DNA of 64,000 nt. Origin: Marsupella aquatica. Taxonomy: Eukaryota; Plantae; Marchantiophyta. Below the pieces are notes generated by a model, which saw only the letters and a program-made list of their open reading frames with translations, was not told the origin of the DNA and did not search any database. A program made the translations under genes and the position numbers. This document shows positions 1-12,440 of the stretch, one piece after another. The stretch covers positions 3,826,018-3,890,017 of the forward strand of contig OZ316891.1 of NCBI GenBank assembly GCA_973895155.1, read 5' to 3'. The first letter of the stretch is position 1. Each line of letters begins with the position of its first letter.

Positions 1-637
1 AAATCACGAAGTGTCGGCTCTACTCTACTCTCCCCGAGGCTATCTGTCCTCTTCTTGAGTCGCATCATCCATCATGCTGTTGTGTAGCATCCACTTCAAA
101 GGTCGTGTTAGATGCGACACAGTGGCACGAGAAAAGAACGCAAATTGCTCCTCCTTCTGCTCGTCCTCCATGCGCGTTGTGCAACAGTGATAGTAGCAGT
201 CCTAGGCTTGCCTGAGATGTTCTCTGTTCTAAGGTCACCACTACTACTGGAATGTACCTTTTCAAGTAAGAGACTGATATCAGACGGAGGTGTTATGTCT
301 TGTTCAGCATTGCCTGATCGCCTGCTGGCCGGAGCATCTTGAAAGTCCATCGACAATCTTGAATCCGAGTACTGTGTCGTGAGTTGGTGCCTATATGATT
401 CCTCATCTTTCTCCGAGCCGCGTTTCTTGATCCTCTGGCCTCCAATAGGCGTTTGCCAATGCTGTACAATCCATTAGTGTGGATTCTCGTGGGGACGGAT
501 TGACGTGAGGAAGGGCTCAGGGCTGAGAGGAGGCTGAATTTGCAGTATGCAAAAGTTCTATTTTCAGCAGTGGATTTGTGAAGGAATCGAAGGGTTGCGA
601 TAAAAGTGTAAGGAGGAAGTGTAGGAGAGCGGTACAA

Positions 638-2968
638 ATGGGGCTTCTCAGTTCCCGCTTTATGCTCTTTCATCGGATGGTCTTGTTGCCGCCGCTCGTG
701 TTGTTGACGTTGACATGCTTATACACATCGTCTACTCTCAGCCCCTTTAGCAGCAGGCACCGGCTCTCTTTCTCGCAGGATGTGCAATGTTTCTCGTGTG
801 AATCGTCCTCTTCTTTCCCGTCGCGTTCTTTCCTCTCTCTTGCCAACTTCCCGACCTCCTCGTACATCAGAGACATCGTGTTACGCCACAATGTTCTCAA
901 CGTTGAGGATTCAAGAGGTGAAACAACGGCTGAGCCCGGTTCAAGACGTAACTCGAACGAGGTAGAGAGCTTTGTCTACGGCCAGAAAAGCAACGAGAAC
1001 AATGGACCAGACGAGGTTGTCGACCCACCCCATCGGGACATCGCGAGCAGAGTGAAGGAAGCGGCCAACCTTCCAGAAGCGGGAGAGGAATCATTCGCAA
1101 CGATTGTCGATCCTCAGGAAGTGTCGGTTGAAGAAAAACCGGTACAGCTAGAGAAGGCAGGGGAGAAGGAGGTCTCTGCTCAACTTAAGGAACCAACCAA
1201 TCGCTCTCCTTCGGATGAGAAGCCCGCAGAGGAGAATCAGGTAGATGGGTCTGTCAACGGAGACAATGCAGCTCCCACAGAGGAGGAAATCGACAACTTT
1301 GCACTTTCAGCAGCGCACAAAGTCGACAATTTCGTCCCCTCAGATAACACAGTCGAGAGCTTCGTTCCTGACGGTAACAATGTCGATAGTTCTGTTCAGG
1401 CCGAGGAGTTGTATTCGGAGACGAAGGATGATTCTGAATCAAATCTTCAACTAGAAAACAGGCATCTCACAAGTGACGATCACGCCAGCCCCAAGCTTGT
1501 TGAGATGCCAATTGAGACTAACGTAAGCGTCACAGAATCACCGCAGGTTGAAGTCATGAGGTTCATGCACGAGAATATGTCCAAGGAAGTCGAATTGGCT
1601 AGCATTGCAGTTCAGAACCAAATGGATGCCATCACCATCTCTGGTCTACCCAGAGAGAGGGTGAATTCGTCGAATGCAAAGATTCTCGACGTAAACTTGT
1701 TGCTGCGAGGGGGTTCACCTCAGGGAGTGCCGTTGCGAGAGGAGAGGTCGTGCGAAGGTCGACATGTCTTCGTCTACAACCTGCCGTCAAAGTTTAACGT
1801 CGACCTCGTCCGGCAATGTGACACGCTCCTCCGTTGGTTCAATTTCTGTGACTACTTCATGAATGAAGGCATGGGAACGAATGTCCCGACTGATGATCTC
1901 AATGATAGGGGCGAGAAAGTGCTCGTACCTGACGGGAGCTGGTTTCTAACTCACCAGTACGCATTGGAGCTCATTTTCCATGCCCGGCTCAAGCACTACC
2001 CATGTCTCACCACGGATGTAAACCGAGCAGACCTCTTCTTCGTGCCTTATTATGCTGGCCTCGATGTCATCAGGTGGCACTTCAAGCAAAACATATCCAA
2101 CGACCAGCGAGATGAGCTCACCCTCGAGCTCATGAATTGGCTCGAGGAGCAAGAGGCTTGGTCTAAAAACAAAGGCGTTGATCACGTCTTCGTATTGGGA
2201 AAGATTGGGTGGGATTTCCGCAGGTCTAAATCTGCCAGTTGGGGCAGTAAGCTTCTCGTGCTTCCTGAAATGCGGCAACCCACAAAGGTCTTGATCGAGA
2301 GGGATCCCTGGCATCAGAATGACATTGGAGTTCCCCATCCCACTTTCTTCCACCCCAAGGATGACAATGAAATTCGGACTTGGCTTGCACATGTAGAGCA
2401 ATCGGAAAGGCGGTATTTGGTTTCGTTTGCAGGAATGCCACGGCCCAAGATGAAAAACAATGTACGTGGGCATCTCATTCAGCAATGCCTAGACCACCAG
2501 GATGATTGCTACCTGCTTAGATGCGTGAGTAACCTATGCATGCGGCCAGATTCCACCATGAACTTGTTCCTCCATTCACATTTCTGCATGCAGCCTCCTG
2601 GTGACAGTCCAACGAGAAGATCTGTGTTCGATTCTCTTGTGGGTGGCTGCATTCCCGTGCTGTTCGATCCATACACGGCATACTATCAGTATGCGTGGCA
2701 CTTGCCGCAGAATACGACTTCTTATTCCGTGTTCATTCCTTCGCCAGACGTCATGTCGGGCAAGTCTGACGTTGTTGAGATTTTGAGAAGCATAACTACA
2801 GAGGAGAGGACGGCCATGCGAACGAGGATCATCCGAGAGATTATTCCGGGGCTTCTGTACAGCCAGCCGGGGACGAAGCATTCGGATTTCCGCGACGCAT
2901 TCGACATCTCTATCGAGGCTTTGCTGTACAGAGTTGCCCGTCTGAGAGCCGAGAAAACATTCACGTAG
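638..2968 (+). CDS. XUT1: GT47/exostosin-family xyloglucan glycosyltransferase, XUT1-like (xyloglucan galacturonosyltransferase); intronless type II Golgi membrane protein
   Basis: Long ORF whose first ATG is at 638 (the track starts at GTG 578). It has an N-terminal TM (MVLLPPLVLLTLTCLY), a long acidic stem and GT47 motifs: CEGRHVFVYNLP, THQYALELIFH, FFVPYYAGLDVIRWHFK, DHVFVLGKIGWDFRR, IERDPWHQNDIGVPHPTFFHP, FCMQPPGDSPTRRSVFDS, PYTAYYQYAWHLP. From memory, the RWHFK, GKIxWDFRR and PHPT motifs fit the XUT1 clade rather than MUR3. Confidence 0.9.
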   Translation: MGLLSSRFMLFHRMVLLPPLVLLTLTCLYTSSTLSPFSSRHRLSFSQDVQCFSCESSSSFPSRSFLSLANFPTSSYIRDIVLRHNVLNVEDSRGETTAEPGSRRNSNEVESFVYGQKSNENNGPDEVVDPPHRDIASRVKEAANLPEAGEESFATIVDPQEVSVEEKPVQLEKAGEKEVSAQLKEPTNRSPSDEKPAEENQVDGSVNGDNAAPTEEEIDNFALSAAHKVDNFVPSDNTVESFVPDGNNVDSSVQAEELYSETKDDSESNLQLENRHLTSDDHASPKLVEMPIETNVSVTESPQVEVMRFMHENMSKEVELASIAVQNQMDAITISGLPRERVNSSNAKILDVNLLLRGGSPQGVPLREERSCEGRHVFVYNLPSKFNVDLVRQCDTLLRWFNFCDYFMNEGMGTNVPTDDLNDRGEKVLVPDGSWFLTHQYALELIFHARLKHYPCLTTDVNRADLFFVPYYAGLDVIRWHFKQNISNDQRDELTLELMNWLEEQEAWSKNKGVDHVFVLGKIGWDFRRSKSASWGSKLLVLPEMRQPTKVLIERDPWHQNDIGVPHPTFFHPKDDNEIRTWLAHVEQSERRYLVSFAGMPRPKMKNNVRGHLIQQCLDHQDDCYLLRCVSNLCMRPDSTMNLFLHSHFCMQPPGDSPTRRSVFDSLVGGCIPVLFDPYTAYYQYAWHLPQNTTSYSVFIPSPDVMSGKSDVVEILRSITTEERTAMRTRIIREIIPGLLYSQPGTKHSDFRDAFDISIEALLYRVARLRAEKTFT

Positions 2969-5864
2969 AGCCGCGCAGTACCGTCGTCATTGATCTTTGT
3001 ACACATGCATTCTTAAGACAGGTGAAGAGCAGCAGAAGCAGAAGCAGATTATAACTTCGGTTGTACATATTCGCATTGCCATCATGATCCAGGGGCGGTC
3101 GTAAATTGATCAATTCAATTGCCCGGTTTGCTTTCGGATCCCTTTCCGATTGACGTATAATCGGGCGTGTCTCGAGAGAGTTTGAAAACGTTACTAAGGC
3201 GTTTTAGATCGAGGCCTCACTGGAGACGTTTTCTCAAGAAGATCATGCATCTTGACTACAGTCACACGTAGATCAAGCTATCAGGGTTTGACAGTACCAC
3301 AACGTCTTGCCAATTTTGCTTGAAAACTAGCTAGAAATACCAGTTTCATACGTTACTACTACGAACTCGTTATTGGTCAGTTATCTCTACCGATTTACTG
3401 GAGGCGATGTTCAATGGTTGTTCGTGCAGCGGAATAATTAGTCTCTCTCATAAACCCTTGTACGTGAGTCACGACACTGTAGTAGATCATATATAATCTT
3501 TCCAGTGCTCGATTGCTAGCTGACCGCAGTTGGAGCTTCAAGGCAAGTGCAGGCGGTCCGGCATGCAGAGCAGAGTAGGATGATACAGGATGAGTTGGGG
3601 TGGGGTTTTATCGAGCAAAGGAAGCAGCCAGCTTGACTTAGTGCCGGGGTATTTTTGCTGGATCCAAGAATGATCTAAGCGTTCCTCGATCTTCATGCAT
3701 ATGGCTGTAGTACTTGCTGCGATTTGTGCACTATAGCAAGTTGGATTGGTTTGCAACAATCCCAACATGAAATAAATATTTTCGGCATCCCAGGAATGCC
3801 GAGTGCCCTCCACAGTGAGCAAATGACTATGTGATTGACCGAATTAGTGTGTTGGTTTTTTCTGATTGTGGACGTCGTTTTCTTTCAGCTATCTTCCCTC
3901 TCTTTGAGTTTATCAATGGTCATGAAGGAATTCTGATTCTCATTCCGGAGAATCCGTAGCTTGACAGCGTTCTGTACTGCTCCAGATTTTGATTGTTACG
4001 TGAATTGTCTCATTAAGGCATTCTGTTTCTAGTACCGGAGAATGCCTAGCTCGGCAAAGTGATACGTACTAAGTTTTCAGGTTTTGGTCGTATGGAATTG
4101 TGCGAACCTTCCTTCTGGCGTTTCCCTGTTTATCTTTTTGAGATGTTACTTACGCTTTCTATCTCTGAATTGTTAATCCGGTAATGTTGTTATCCTTGTT
4201 GCTTAGTCTTGAACGTTGTTAGCTGCATGTTGCAAGTTAGTCATCTCTGTTCTAGAGCTATTGCACAAATTGTTTGATTAAAGCTCTCGGATCCATTCTG
4301 GCACGACTCTCAATCGCCACTTAATTAATTACTTGAAGCTTTTTAATTACTTCAAGCTCTCGGCCCAATTCGGGCAGGCTCTTATCCTTCTTAATTGTTG
4401 CGAGTGCTGTTTTCGTCATCCTCTTTCAAATTGCAAGCTCTGCAGGTAACCCCCGATTGCTGCAATATCATCAACCTTCAAAGGTCAACTCGGGCCAGAA
4501 AAGTTGTAGGCGTGGCTGCTGAATTCGGGCGCGAAGGACCCTTTCTACTGTGGAGCTGTAACTCTGAGTATCAGAGATTCAGAGTCATCCCTGATCCTAC
4601 GCCTCAAAAGGCCATGTTCACACCACTAGGCACGCACGGACAGTAGATCGATCCTCTCACGAGCTCCTCAGTGGAGACATTGTGGAGTCGTGTCTACTGT
4701 AACCACGCCCGGAAGACCGGAATCCATCCAATCATACATCCACAGAAGCACAAACGTAGTCGTGTAGCGTTGCGCGGACACAAATCCGAACAACACAATC
4801 TAATGCCGCGATATCGTCTCTCGGAAGGTTAAAGAGTTCGAGACGTAACGGCCATCCTGTTGGCCGGCCTTGTGTCTCCGCACAGCACCACCCTGCACCT
4901 CCTCAATCGGGAAAAGTGTCAAGCCTTGACAGAGAAGAATCGGGTACACTGGAAAGATCTAACTCCCAGAGAGATCCAGCCCGCGCGCGGCAGTACTCTC
5001 CCGATCCGCGGGCAGCCTCAGATCAGCGGGACGCGTGATCGCCGTGGTGTCTGCGGTCCGGAATAACCGCCTTATTCACTCTATTGCATGTCTGCCCGTG
5101 ACCAATCTATTCATCAACATAATATCATCCGCAAATCCTATCGAGCGGGGCCGCGAATCAATTGAAGATCGGATGAACCTGACGACTAATCCCGAATCGT
5201 TTTGTAGATCTGGAACCCTGCATAATTGCATGCCTGCATCTCGATGGTCCGACTGATTCCAAAACCCTACACGAAAGACACAACAGAACTCGCGCGCAAG
5301 CAGAGTTGATATACTTGATTGACCACAATTACACGATCACCGCTCACTCGTGACGATTTCTCATGAGAGGGCACGAAGCACTAGGAGTAGCTACTAGGTC
5401 GACAGTACCTCGGTCTCCGGACAATATTCACCCCTCTACCAAAACCAATCATGAATTTGTGAATGTAGCACGGATCTAGCTAGCTACGGACCGGAATGTC
5501 CTGCGACGAGGTTACCAATTCAACGTACTTGACCGAGAGGCTAACAATTCAACGTACTCCCGACCGACTGATTGAGTGACTGACTGACTGAATGAATGAA
5601 TTGCGGACTGACTGGCTGACTCCAGGCATGTTCCTGCGGGACGGACTCCTTTCACATCCGACGTAAAGAAGGTCGATCATTCTGGAGCTCGCTGGCAAGC
5701 GCGATGAGTGAGTGTGTGGGTGAGTGAAGGATATGATTACTACATTTCTCGTGGTGTATCGATCGAGCTTCGCTGTTTCTGTTCTGCCAGTCCGTCAATT
5801 CAATCGAATGATGTCAATTCTTCTGTAAGAGCTCGATAACGAGTGTGCGCACTGCTGTACAGTG

Positions 5865-6290
5865 GTGTAAGCGAGAGTGTGATGGGTGTCAAGAGTCGGT
5901 GTAAGAGAGAGAGTGGAGGGTGTCAAAGTCGGTGACAGCCTAGTGTAATCGAGAGTACGAGAAGTGTCAACGCTGTGGACGACAAGTGTAATCTGGAATG
6001 TGAGGCGTGTCAGAGGTGTCACACTCGGTGACCGCCAAGTGTGAATGAGAGTGTGATAGGTGTCAAAAGGTGACAGTCCAGTGAGCGAGAGTGTGATGGG
6101 TGTCAAAGCTGGTGATGCTCAAGTGTAAACCACGGGGTGATGGGTGTCAAACGTTGGTGACGGTGTAAGTGAGAGAGTGAGGGGCGTCACAGCTGGTGAC
6201 CGTCCAGTGTATTCGAGAGTATGAGGGGTGTCAAAGTTGGTGATCACCAAGTGGAAGCGCGAGTGTGAGGGCTGTCAAAGTTGGTGACTT
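5865..6290. repeat. Degenerate minisatellite of ~10 units with 40-44 bp period, consensus ~GAGAGTGTGATGGGTGTCAAAGTYGGTGAC...AGTGT
   Basis: (T/C)GTCA cores at 5887, 5921, 5965, 6017, 6061, 6101, 6145, 6185, 6229 and 6273. Confidence 0.85.
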
Positions 6291-6544
6291 TCCAAATATG
6301 AAGGCCGCTCCAAAAACTGTGCAACTTAAACTCATTATTAATGCCCTCGTGGCAAGTAAGGGTGCTGTTACGGAAAAAGAGGTAATGTTTCTACAGAGAA
6401 GAATGCACTTTCTAAGTTTACTATAATTGTGCATTATAAAATCAAACTCATGTACTTTGATTAAAAATCTTATTTATAAAGCCCAAATCCTAATCTAAAG
6501 TTGTAGTCTAGGTTTCTAGAGATAATAAGGTTCATCATGGATGA

Positions 6545-6590
6545 AAAGACACATGGGTACAAAGACACATGGGTACAAAGACACATGGGA
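6545..6590. repeat. 16-bp tandem repeat (AAAGACACATGGGTAC) x3 within AT-rich, probably TE-derived DNA
   Basis: Directly visible. The related motif ACACATGGGTACAAAGACAC recurs at ~6654-6673. Confidence 0.8.
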
Positions 6591-9039
6591 ACCATGTATG
6601 TCAAATGATAATCATGCATGTTAGATGGTAAAATTCACCATGTGGATGAAACTACACATGGGTACAAAGACACATTGATATCATATATGTCAAATGATGA
6701 TGATACATGCTTTTGTCATAATTTTTATCTACATCTTACTAAAAAAGCGTCAACTGAAGTTTAGTTTTAAGAGTCTAGGTCTACAGTGAAGACTCTAGAC
6801 TGTAACTCCATAATGGTCATCCTGTGCATGGAAAAACACTTTTCTTGTACTCTCCCTTATTCACTTTCAAAGAACGGGTAGTTGGGGCTAGTTCAAAGAA
6901 TGGGCATTCAGCTCTTAGTTATAAATTTTGATTACAAGCTAGAGTTGGGTCTAGGCTTCTAGAGTGAAGCCTCTAGACCCCCTACCAAATGTATGTGGAT
7001 GCATAGAACCATGCATGTAATGTATGTCAAAATGTATGATGTGGGTCCCTCCAAAATGTATGAGGATGAAAAGAACAGTGTGGATGTGATGCATGTCAAA
7101 ATGATGATCACCTAGGATGCTTTTTATCATAATTTTTATAATATTCAATGAATGGACATTTATTATCAAATCATAATGCAAAGCTTTACTTTGAAGGCAT
7201 CTGTCTGGACTGAAGCCTCTAGTTTGTGACTTAGGGGGCGATAATTGTATTACGGGTGGAGGTGAAAAATGGGCATGGGGTGGAGTAGTGCGCCACATTT
7301 GAAAATAAGGCCACCTGTGAAGGGAGTGACTGTGGAGTAGAGGCTACATGTGAAGAGAGTTGATGGATTAGAGAGGCCATCTGTGAGGCGGTCAGCTGGT
7401 GTCATCAAGGGTCAAGAGCTATGGTGAAACAGCCAGCACTTTGGACAGCTGCAGTCATCGAGGGTTGACACTTTTTATCCTCACCTCTACTCATGTTCAA
7501 AGAATGGTGGTAATTGAGCTAGCAGTAAACTTAAGCTAAAAATCTCTAGTTCTTTGAGTGTATTCATTCCCTTCTAGGTTTACATTATGAACAATTGTAA
7601 CTCTTGAAAATCAAATTCTATTTCAGTCCCTCCTTTTTGGGGGCATTATGGCCCCCACTACGCCTTGTACCAGGTAATTACTATATACATTGAAGGTTTG
7701 GATTCCACTGGCCCTCAAATGGGCAGCAGCTGCCTCACTTCCATCCACCCAAAGATGCAGGGGACAGGGGGCTCCTGAAATGTCTTACCTAAGACAACCT
7801 TGTTACTTGACTGTTTGGTAGCCAAAATAGTGCATATCAATTATAGTAGACTGAAGCGTGCTTCGTATTGGAATCTGGATGTTAGTAGTGAGGCATCCCA
7901 CAAAAGTTGTAGAGTGCAAACGACAGAGCATCTTAACTACACAAAAGTTCTAGATCTATCAGATCAAACTCATGCTATATACAGTAGTTGTGACACTGTA
8001 TATACATCAAACTATAGGATAACTACACAAATCTATGATGACACTGTACATGTACATAGATCAAACTCCCTAATCTTACCTCAAGCATCTATGTTAGTAG
8101 TCTACTGGCAGCATTGCATTATTCATCCTATCATCAAATGTCATGATCGAGCTCCAGATGCTCTAATGGCTTGTATTCTTTGCCCTTCACCTCCATGAAA
8201 GCCCTTATATACAAGCAGCCCCTTCAAAGGTAGCACTATCAATTGGCCTCCCAAGCAGAAGGGCATGGTGAGTACACTCCACAAATTCTAATTTTTCTGA
8301 TTTTTGAAGTTATTTCTAGAGTATTAAAATGTCTTAGAAGGTTTAGAGAAGGAGGTCAGGGGTTTGAAGTTTGAGGGTTTGTTGGGAAAATCATTTCCTC
8401 ATTGATATTTGACTATTTTAGCTAATTGAAGCTCCTCGATTCTTCCTTTGCCAGGCCTGGATAGGTGCCAAAACCTAAGCATGCATGTCTAGTGCGATAG
8501 AACTTACGCTGGTGTGCTTATAACTAGAAGGCTAAGGCATTTGACCCTTCATAAAGTACCCACCTAATGCCTGCTGGCTAGCTGGCAGATTGAAGAAAAA
8601 CCAAAACTTTGAACATGTCAAATGTTGCAACAAAAGTATCACCTGTTGACGTTCCTGTGTTGTCATACCAAATATAATGTGATGTCAACCATAGTATTTA
8701 ACCATGTAGGGCAACTCTTTGGCTAAACTGGCAATCTCCAGCCTAGCCTGATAGAGCACAAAATATTGCACTTGTCATATCAGGAGATGTTGATTGCCAC
8801 AACCATAGCTTAAACCTGTGGCCAAAGATGCCACCAAGGATATAGGGGCAATTGTCTAAGTCTCCAAAGTTTGGGTGAAACAATTTCAACCTGGGTTTAG
8901 CACACATTATTATGCAGGATTTTTTCAGGTTTGAGCAAACATACAGTAACTTTGCTAATGTGATGGTTTTTTACCCTTGTCTGACAAACAATGCACTGAT
9001 CACAGATGAATGTAATCATTAGTTACAAGTTCAATCCAC

Positions 9040-9300
9040 ATGCATTGCACAAAACATGTTGTTGGGTGAAAGATGTGATGCACATAGAAGATATTGTTAA
9101 GTAAAAGATGTTGTTGCCAAAACATGTGGTTAAGTCAAAGATGTTGTTTAGTAAAATATATAATTACACAAAAGATGTTGTGACTAAGTAAAAACTTTGT
9201 TACACAAAAGAAGTAATTAATAAAGCATGTCATTTATGAAAGAGATGATATTGTGCAAAAGATGACATTACACAAAAGATCATGACATTATGTAAAAGGT
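9040..9300. repeat. Degenerate AAAAGATGTTGT-type low-complexity repeat
   Basis: Repeated aaagatgttg(t) motifs. A related array lies in the opposite orientation at ~41820-42080. Confidence 0.6.
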
Positions 9301-10458
9301 CTCATCATATGTTATGGCCCACTTCTATATGCATCCCTAACCCTGCCACCCCGGCCAAGAGTAGTTTGCTCCCCAACCCCTTGTTCTTTCATCCAAATAT
9401 ATATTGAATTTTGCCAAACATGTTTGTTTTCATAGAATGTACTCATTTCATTCAGGTACAGGTACTGGTAAGGGGACGGGCTAGTCCACTCTCTTTGCAT
9501 TGCATGGCACATGGGGACTACATTGGGTCAACTGAAGGGCCAATACAAATAAGACAATGGAAGGGATTGGATAGAGAGGGGATGGAGAGTGTACTTTCAA
9601 GTACAATGAGAACATCAAAGGGAAGTACTGTACTTGCAAGTAGAGTGATGAAGAGGATCAAGAAGGATTCTTCTCCCTCCATTTTTCCAGTCCCTTGATT
9701 TTTATTACCCCTTAAGCTTTGCTTTCCTTATTTTACAAATTTAAAGCCCTCAAGAACACAAACGTTTGTTCAGACAACCCGGATGGACACAACCATGTGA
9801 CACTGTAAGAAGAATCTCTTATTACACTACAAAAACCGTTTACCTTCTCTCGTTAACGGAAGGTAACCCTGCTTTAGACCTTAATATGGTTTTCCTTCCA
9901 TGACAAGCATGTTGTCCCAAAGACTTCAGGTTGCAACTTACTGTCCTCTATGAGAAGCATGAAAAGGCATTGAGAAGCTCCTAGAGAGATGGAGTCGGTT
10001 ACGATCGAGAAGCACCAGAAGAGAATTGAGAAGCACCGTCAGAGGATCAGAAAACCTTGAGTTCACTGATCGATAAGAACCCTAGCCATGACTTGCGTCT
10101 TACACCTAGTCCGGATTTCCTCTCCTAAGCAGGTTACTTTGGCAAAGCATTGTAAGGACTGTGTGCCATTGTTGCAAGGAGGAAAAGTGAACAGACTACT
10201 GGAGGAATCAACCAAAAACCGACTGGTCCCGGTCACATACCTCCTTACAGGTCACTTTGGGAGTACAATCAAAAAACGTGTTACAGAGCAAAAACTGAAG
10301 TTTGGGTTGTGTCTATCTGGGTTGTGTGTGTCAATGAAGGCTTTCTTCCAAAATAATGTGTGTGTCCATGAATGCTTTTAAGTTCTTATTTTCCCTTGGC
10401 ACAGAAAACCCATATATTTTGAAAGACTACCACTGTATAAAGTGGTGGTAATTTGTAC

Positions 10459-10591
10459 TAAAGTTTTCAATTGGGTATAGAATGCAGTCACACTAGCTTA
10501 GTTAGCACTCAAATCTCCTTGTATTTTGTATTAAAGTTTTTAATTGGGTATAGAAGGCAGTCACACTACATTAGCTAGCACTCAAATCTCC
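10459..10591. repeat. Direct duplication of ~60 bp with 73-bp period
   Basis: taaagtttt(c/t)aattgggtatagaa(t/g)gcagtcacacta...tagcactcaaatctcc occurs twice. Confidence 0.85.
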
Positions 10592-10782
10592 ACTGCAAAA
10601 ACATCTGGGGAATGAATTTGAGGGTCCTGAAACACCACAGGCAAATTTATCTGGTTGATTTCCACGGGCTTGCATACCTGTTCCAACTTAAGTTTTGTTG
10701 CTGTAGTTCCTTAAGACCATATGAATTGTTTGCTTTTAGGTCCCATGAAGAGAGGTCAACAAATTCTCACTCGCCCTCCACA

Positions 10783-11068
10783 CTCGGGGTATTAACTTAC
10801 TGTATATTTTGGGGTACCACATGTGATCCCAGCCTAATATAAATACACCTATTTTACAAACAAAATATTCCAAAATTATTCTTTATTTCAATATTAATAA
10901 CCTATTTTACTTTATAAAAGGTATATATTAGAGAATATTCTATAAATGTGAGTTAACAATACCTTCTTTTGTCTCCTACGCTTTAATTGTTTTTAGCTAA
11001 TTTACATGAAAACTACCTATTTTGGATCTCACGTGGTTCCTAAGATTTTTCATAGTCAACCCCCCCAG
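10783..11068. mobile_element. MITE-like element with CTCGGGG-type termini and 8-bp TSD
   Basis: Ends ctcggggtattaact / agtcaacccccccag. Flanks cctccaca (10775-82) and cctccacg (11069-76). AT-rich interior. Confidence 0.65.
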
Positions 11069-12440
11069 CCTCCACGCCATGCCAAACCAGAGAAAGGGCA
11101 AACTTGGAACTGAATCTGTCAAGATAAGCCTATCAATGTTGCAAGATTACGTCTGTGAGTCAAACAGGATTTAGGTGCTCATTGCAACACAAATGTCACA
11201 CATAGTTACCTTAGATGAACTTCAAAGATACCTTTTCAATACTAAAACTGATTTATTCTCTAAGTAACCGCAAACTAATGTGAAACTATACATTTGATGG
11301 GATAAGTGAGTTTGCTATACAAAGTTCCTTTTCTCTACCATCAAACTTATTTTTTGGTAGTGGTTGTGCAACCAGGTAGCAAGCCAGACAGGCCACATAC
11401 CAGCCCTAGGCTGCATGTAGTAGAACTTCCAATTGTGTGACTAGGTGCAGAGCCTCCACAAGCAAGCCAGGGTTTTAATGGCATATAATTTAAAAGCACT
11501 AACCACTCCCCAAGCAATATCATTAATAGTTTATATTTGTCCATCCACAAGCTAGGGAAGTTGCCAGTCAATTTGGATCATAATGATATTATGATCAGAC
11601 ACTCAATCATTGGTGATTGCTATCATCTAAGAGAGGTAGTTGAGAGGTTGTGGCTATAAATAAAATGTGGGAATTAAAACTGCAAAATACTTCCCATCCA
11701 CAACTGGATGTACATCTCAACCAAGGTTTTTGGGCAAGATAACTAATAACTGATGTCAGTCACTACTGTTGTCAGTTATTAGTAAGTGACAAAATTATGT
11801 AAGTCGTGTCAATCTTGGTATCAATCTACTGAAAGAACTCAAAGATGCAAGGAAGCAAAAAAACATTTGACTTTACTGTATAGTGGTTACGTACTAAGCA
11901 AAACTAAGTAGCATACTAGTTAGCTATTAATATGGTAATCAGTAATGACCCCTGTGGCATACCCAAACAATATGGACAGAAAAAATACTTTGGACCTTAG
12001 TAAATAAGTTACCCATCACCCAACATGGGAACCGAGTGGTGACAACCCAGATTCTTGCCAAGCTGAGGTGGGTTAGTTTATTTTCTACACTGAGATAACA
12101 TTAGTTTCAGTCCCTTTGATCAGTAGTCCATAGGTGCACATCCTACCTTGCAAGGGAAAACTTTTGAGATCGAGCCCCTGGTGACAAGTATAAGCAATTC
12201 CTTAGGAAACCCAACCCATCCCACCCTACATCCCACTCAACCCATCTCGGGAGGACTTGTGTTCCGTGAACTTACTTAGACTTCTTAGCTCTTGTCCTGA
12301 AGTTGCTAAGTGGTCACCCAAACTGAAGTCTCCCAACTAAGTTGCCTCCTTTTTGCTGTGCATGTCACAAAATCACGTCTCCTGAGTTGGGTTCCATGAA
12401 TCAACATTGGAAGTGGGGGTCTGACACTTCTAGTCCTAAA

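Noticed and set aside
108-356. 82-aa minus-strand ORF upstream of XUT1
   Set aside because: No recognisable motif, and it lies in the probable XUT1 5' leader.
578-637. GTG start proposed by the ORF track for the GT47 gene
   Set aside because: This is a eukaryotic gene; the first in-frame ATG is at 638.
5865-6290. CRISPR-like appearance (palindromic repeats at regular spacing)
   Set aside because: The inter-core sequences resemble each other rather than being unique spacers, the repeats are degenerate, there are no cas genes, and the context is eukaryotic.
9825-9870. CACTACAAAAA CACTA-type terminus
   Set aside because: No matching opposite TIR was found, so it is at most an isolated remnant.
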